From assembly GCA_033551855.1 (NCBI GenBank), contig JAWSUI010000060.1:1-20859 (forward strand): DNA of 20,859 nt. Reading direction: 5' to 3'. Source of the stretch: Deferrisomatales bacterium. Its GTDB lineage: Bacteria > Desulfobacterota > Deferrisomatia > Deferrisomatales > JACRMM01. The notes under the pieces are model-generated. The model searched no databases. It was not told where the DNA came from and was given only the letters and a program-made list of their open reading frames with translations. The number at the start of each line of letters is the position of its first letter. The stretch's first letter is position 1. The position numbers and the translations under genes are program-made. Shown piece after piece: positions 17,550 to 20,859 of the stretch.

Positions 17550-18323
17550 TCAGCGCGTCACCCCCCGCTCGGACTGGGCGATAAAGTCCACGAAACGGCG
17601 CACCTGAGGGTCTGCGTAGTCGTCCCCCGCTCGCGCCCACTCGAGGCAGCGCGCCATGGTCTCCTTCGACTGGAAGAGCCCCCGGTAGGTGCGGCGCAGC
17701 GCCTCGAGGGTCTCCTTGGCGAAGCCCCGACGCTTGAGGCCCTCCAGGTTGAGGCCGAAGAGCCTGGCCCTGTTCCCCGACGCCGTGCAGTAGGGCGGAA
17801 CGTCCATCACGATGGCCGAGCACCCGCCCACGTAGGCGTGCTCGCCGATGCGGACGAACTGGTGCACCGCCGTGAGCCCCCCGATCCCGGCGAAGTCCTC
17901 CACCGTCACGTGGCCCGCCAGTGTCGCTGCGTTGGCGAGGATCACCCGGTTCCCCAGTAGGCAGTCGTGGGCCACGTGGCTGTAGGCCATGAGGAGACAG
18001 TCGGAGCCGACCCGGGTGACGCCCCCGCCCCCCTGGGTCCCGATGTTCACGGTGGCGAACTCCCGCACCACCGTGCGGTCCCCGATCTCCAGAACCGTCG
18101 GCTCGCCCCGGTACTTCAGGTCCTGGGGAACCATCCCCACCGACGCGAAGGGAAAGATGCGGCAGCCGGCTCCGAGGGTGGTGTGACCGTCCACCACGGC
18201 GTGGGATCCCACGGTCGTTCCCCGCCCGAGGCGGACGTGGGCCCCGATGATCGCAAAGGGGCCGATCTCCACCCCCTCGTCGAGTTGGGCACCGGCATGG
18301 ATCACTGCTCTCGTATCGATCAT
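17550..18323 (-). CDS. lpxA: Acyl-ACP--UDP-N-acetylglucosamine O-acyltransferase
   Basis: Likely start ATG 18323 (MIDTRAVIH). Hexapeptide repeats, PQDLKY, HVAHDC, LAGHV, VHQF, DVPPY, GLNLEGLKRRGF. Confidence 0.95.
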   Translation of the reverse strand: MIDTRAVIHAGAQLDEGVEIGPFAIIGAHVRLGRGTTVGSHAVVDGHTTLGAGCRIFPFASVGMVPQDLKYRGEPTVLEIGDRTVVREFATVNIGTQGGGGVTRVGSDCLLMAYSHVAHDCLLGNRVILANAATLAGHVTVEDFAGIGGLTAVHQFVRIGEHAYVGGCSAIVMDVPPYCTASGNRARLFGLNLEGLKRRGFAKETLEALRRTYRGLFQSKETMARCLEWARAGDDYADPQVRRFVDFIAQSERGVTR

Positions 18324-18330
18324 CGTCTCA

Positions 18331-18473
18331 GGGCCTGTGAAACCATCTGCTGCGCGACCGGATTGTTGCGCTGCGCACTCGTGCACTCCTCGCCGACCTG
18401 CCTGCTATGTCTCGTCGTTCGCTCACCCGCGCCTTGCACTGCGGTCTGCTCGCGACGATCCTTTCAAAGGCTC
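18331..18473. mobile_element. MITE-like non-autonomous element (143 bp)
   Basis: Left end GGGCCTGTGAAA (18331-18342) versus reverse complement of the right end GAGCCTTTGAAA (18462-18473): 10/12 match. Flanked by TCA direct repeats (18328-18330, 18474-18476). Lower GC than its surroundings; no transposase. Confidence 0.65.
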
Positions 18474-18523
18474 TCACTTCAGGGGTGTCCTTCTCCGTCG
18501 CCGGGGGCGCGTTCTGCATGCCC

Positions 18524-18558
18524 CCCACGCCCCAAGCCCCATGCCCCGAGCCCTGCGC
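18524..18558. repeat. Imperfect heptamer tandem repeat, CCCNNGC-like x5
   Basis: cccacgc cccaagc cccatgc cccgagc cctgcgc, just downstream of the fabZ stop. Confidence 0.7.
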
Positions 18559-18571
18559 CCCCCCTTGCCCT

Positions 18572-19021
18572 TCACGTCTCCCGGTCCACGATTGCCGCCG
18601 AGAGCTCGGCCTCCGTCACCACCTCATCCTCCACCCGGGCCTCGGCGGCAAAGGACCAGAACCCTTGACGCTGCTTGGATACCCGCACGTGGAGGTGGAG
18701 TTGATCCCCAGGTGTCACCGGTTTCCGGAACTTGGCGCGGTCGATGGACCGGAAGAGCATCAGCTTGCCCTCGATGCACTCCCCCGTGGTCCGCAGCGCG
18801 AGGATGCCGCCGGCCTGGGCGAGGGCCTCTACGATGAGCACGCCGGGCATCACGGGCTGCCCCGGGAAGTGGCCCGTGAAGAAGGGCTCGTTGACCGTGA
18901 CGTTCTTCAGGGCGTGGATGTGCTGCCCCTTCTCCAACTCCAGGACCCGGTCCACCAGGAGGAAGGGATAGCGATGTGGCAAACAGGAGAGGATCGATCG
19001 GATGTCCGTGGGTGCGCTCAT
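18572..19021 (-). CDS. fabZ: 3-hydroxyacyl-ACP dehydratase
   Basis: Start ATG 19021 overlaps the lpxD stop. Motifs [50 protein letters not shown]. Confidence 0.96.
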   Translation of the reverse strand: MSAPTDIRSILSCLPHRYPFLLVDRVLELEKGQHIHALKNVTVNEPFFTGHFPGQPVMPGVLIVEALAQAGGILALRTTGECIEGKLMLFRSIDRAKFRKPVTPGDQLHLHVRVSKQRQGFWSFAAEARVEDEVVTEAELSAAIVDRET

Positions 19022-20067
19022 AGGGACTCCTCCCCGGGGAGGCGCGACTCCAGCTCTCGTACTCGCTGCTCTAGTTTCTGAAGGGTTTGCCGAAGTCTTG
19101 GGAGCCGGCGCACCACCGCCTGGGCCTTGAGCCACTCGGAGTGCTCGAAGGCAGGGCTCCCAGAGACCACGGCCCCCGGCGGAAGGTCCGCGGGCACGCC
19201 GGACTGCGCCCCGACGATGGCGCCGTCCCCGATACGGACGTGGCCCACCACGCCAACCTGTCCGGCGAGCACCACCCGGTCCCCCAAGCGGGTCGAACCG
19301 CTGATCCCCACCTGCGCCACCAGCAGGCAGTCCTGCCCGACGCGAACGTTGTGCCCGATCTGGACCAAGTTGTCGATCTTCGTGCCGCGGCCCACCCGAG
19401 TCTCCCCCAAGGCCGCTCGGTCGATCGTCGAACCGGCCCCGACTTCCACGTCGTCCTCCAGGACCACGATTCCCACTTGGGGAATCTTGACCTGCCGGGC
19501 GCCGTCCCGGGCGTACCCGAAGCCGTCGGAGCCCACGACCGCGCCGGGCTGCAGGATGACCCGATCCCCCAGGACGCACCCCTCCCGCACCACGGCGTTG
19601 GGGTGCAGCAGGCAACCCTGCCCGAGTTGCGCGCCGGCCCCCACGTAGACCCCCGGGTGGAGCACCGTATCATCCCCGACGCGGGCGCCGGGCCCTACGT
19701 AGCTGCCCGGCAGGGCGGCCACCCCCACACCGAGTCGCGCCGTGGAGTCCACATGGGCGCCGGGGGCAACCCCCGGCTCCGGGCGCTCTTCCGGGTGCAG
19801 CAGCGCCACCGCCCGCGCGAAGGTCAGGTAGGGGTTGGAGCTGACCAGGCAGTTGCGCCCCGCGATCCGTTCCTGGCCCGAGACGATGATCGCCGAAGCC
19901 CGGGCCGCCTCCAGAAGGGGCCTGTATTTCGGGTTCGCGAGAAAGGTGACCTGCCCCGGCCCGGCGTCCTCCAAGGTAGCGACCGAGTGCACCGTCTCGC
20001 CGGGGTCGCCGACGAGCTCCGCCCCCAGGTGCCGGGCCAACTCGTCCAACCGGACGATCCGCCGCAC
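19018..20067 (-). CDS. lpxD: UDP-3-O-(3-hydroxyacyl)glucosamine N-acyltransferase
   Basis: Motifs [55 protein letters not shown] start with GAGGAG SD. Confidence 0.96.
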   Translation of the reverse strand: MRRIVRLDELARHLGAELVGDPGETVHSVATLEDAGPGQVTFLANPKYRPLLEAARASAIIVSGQERIAGRNCLVSSNPYLTFARAVALLHPEERPEPGVAPGAHVDSTARLGVGVAALPGSYVGPGARVGDDTVLHPGVYVGAGAQLGQGCLLHPNAVVREGCVLGDRVILQPGAVVGSDGFGYARDGARQVKIPQVGIVVLEDDVEVGAGSTIDRAALGETRVGRGTKIDNLVQIGHNVRVGQDCLLVAQVGISGSTRLGDRVVLAGQVGVVGHVRIGDGAIVGAQSGVPADLPPGAVVSGSPAFEHSEWLKAQAVVRRLPRLRQTLQKLEQRVRELESRLPGEESL

Positions 20068-20070
20068 CGC

Positions 20071-20604
20071 CTACTCCTCTGCCCGGCTCTTGTCGTAGCG
20101 GCGCACCACCTCGTCGGTTAGATCCGCGTGGGTCGGGGCGTAGAGCACACCGCCCTCCCCCCGCTCCAGGATCAGGGCGTAGCCTCCGGTCTCCCCCAAC
20201 TCCCGGATCACCCCCTGGAGATCCGTAAGGATCCGCCGGGTGAGCTCTTGATCCCTTCTCTGGAGAACCTGCTGGCTCTGCTGAAACCTCTCCCGGAAGG
20301 CATCCAAGCGTTCGCGGTAGGAGCGCTCCTTCTCCGCCCGAGCCGTCTCGGAGAGGATCATCCCCTGCTTTTCCAGCTCTTCGCGTAGGACCTTGAGGGA
20401 TTCTTCCTCCCGCTCGAGCTCGGCCTTCATCCGTTCCGCCTCCGCGGTGAACTCGGCCTTGTACTGCTTCCCGGTCTGGGACTCGTTGAGACAGCGCTGC
20501 AGGTCCACCACCCCGATCTTCAGCTCGGCGGCCGCCCCGGTCGCCGAGAGCAGAACCGCCAGCAGGGCGGCCCCGATGCCAGTGAGCAGATCACGTCGTG
20601 CCAT
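20071..20604 (-). CDS. skp: OmpH/Skp periplasmic chaperone
   Basis: Likely start ATG 20604 after SD AGGAGAGG. Signal peptide, KIGVVDLQR, long coiled coil, GYALILE, DLTDEV. Directly upstream of lpxD. Confidence 0.9.
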   Translation of the reverse strand: MARRDLLTGIGAALLAVLLSATGAAAELKIGVVDLQRCLNESQTGKQYKAEFTAEAERMKAELEREEESLKVLREELEKQGMILSETARAEKERSYRERLDAFRERFQQSQQVLQRRDQELTRRILTDLQGVIRELGETGGYALILERGEGGVLYAPTHADLTDEVVRRYDKSRAEE

Positions 20605-20649
20605 CGCCTCTCCTCGCGTGTGGCTTGCCCCCGTCGTCGCGGAGGCACC

Positions 20650-20678
20650 ATTGTACGTTCCCGAGCCCCCCGCGACCA
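20650..20678 (-). promoter_or_regulatory. Possible internal promoter for the skp-lpx genes
   Basis: Minus strand TACAAT (20655-20650), about 45 nt upstream of the skp ATG. The -35 position (TGGTCG) matches only 3/6. Confidence 0.35.
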
Positions 20679-20832
20679 TACCCCAGCGCGACCAGCGGAC
20701 GCCGCCCCCCCTCCCTCCCCTGCACCGGCGGGGGGCGGGGGCAGCGCAGCGGAGCGCGGCACCCTACCGTCCGTCGAATGTCGCATCGCGCGCAGCGGAG
20801 TCCCCCTCGCCCCCCGCCGTATCCCCCCTTCC

Positions 20833-20859
20833 CTAGAAGAACCCCCCGATGCTGAACTC
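20833..20859 (-). CDS. bamA: C-terminal 8 codons of a probable outer-membrane assembly factor BamA (5' part outside window)
   Basis: Reverse complement GAG TTC AGC ATC GGG GGG TTC TTC TAG = EFSIGGFF*, a beta-barrel C-terminal signal ending in Phe. Fits the conserved order bamA-skp-lpxD-fabZ-lpxA. Confidence 0.7.
   Translation of the reverse strand, partial: EFSIGGFF

Noticed and set aside
18328..18528. 66-aa minus-strand ORF in the fabZ-lpxA gap
   Set aside because: It largely coincides with the MITE-like element, has no recognisable motif and is too short for a transposase.
755..20121. Many long overlapping ORFs in the track (e.g. 755..2224+, 2778..5162-, 5119..7269+, 8156..10486+, 8277..10646-, 13853..15871+, 19087..20121+)
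   Set aside because: They are antisense or off-frame shadows of well-identified genes. They are rich in R/G/P/A or V/D/H/Q, lack motifs, and are expected at very high GC.
1..20859. CRISPR array, tRNA/rRNA, prophage, transposase or defence system
   Set aside because: No regular repeat-spacer pattern, cloverleaf or relevant protein motif was seen. The HD protein is YfbR/HDDC2-like, not a Cas3 HD nuclease.

Overview
Very GC-rich bacterial DNA, probably from a deltaproteobacterial (Desulfobacterota-like) lineage; this is inferred from the gene set, not from a search. Most genes lie on the minus strand. Right to left: the last 8 codons of a probable bamA, then a large lipid A/outer-membrane cluster (skp-lpxD-fabZ-lpxA-lpxI-lpxB-msbA-DUF374/lpxJ-like-waaA-lpxK) and a DHH-CBS-nucleotidyltransferase (probable A-adding tRNA enzyme). 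A convergent plus-strand HD hydrolase follows, then a soluble GAF-GAF histidine kinase translationally coupled to hslO (Hsp33). The left end holds a peptidoglycan turnover group: a NamZ-like muramidase, mpl, and a GHL10/DigH-like glycoside hydrolase missing from the ORF track because it runs off the left edge. Features not explained by standard genes: a 143-bp MITE-like element (terminal inverted repeats, TCA target duplication) 7 nt upstream of lpxA with adjacent heptamer repeats; a 62-aa antisense gene with a near-consensus sigma70 promoter between namZ and mpl; and a perfect 15-bp tandem duplication at the HD gene promoter. No tRNA, rRNA, CRISPR array or transposase was seen. All family calls are from motif recognition by eye.
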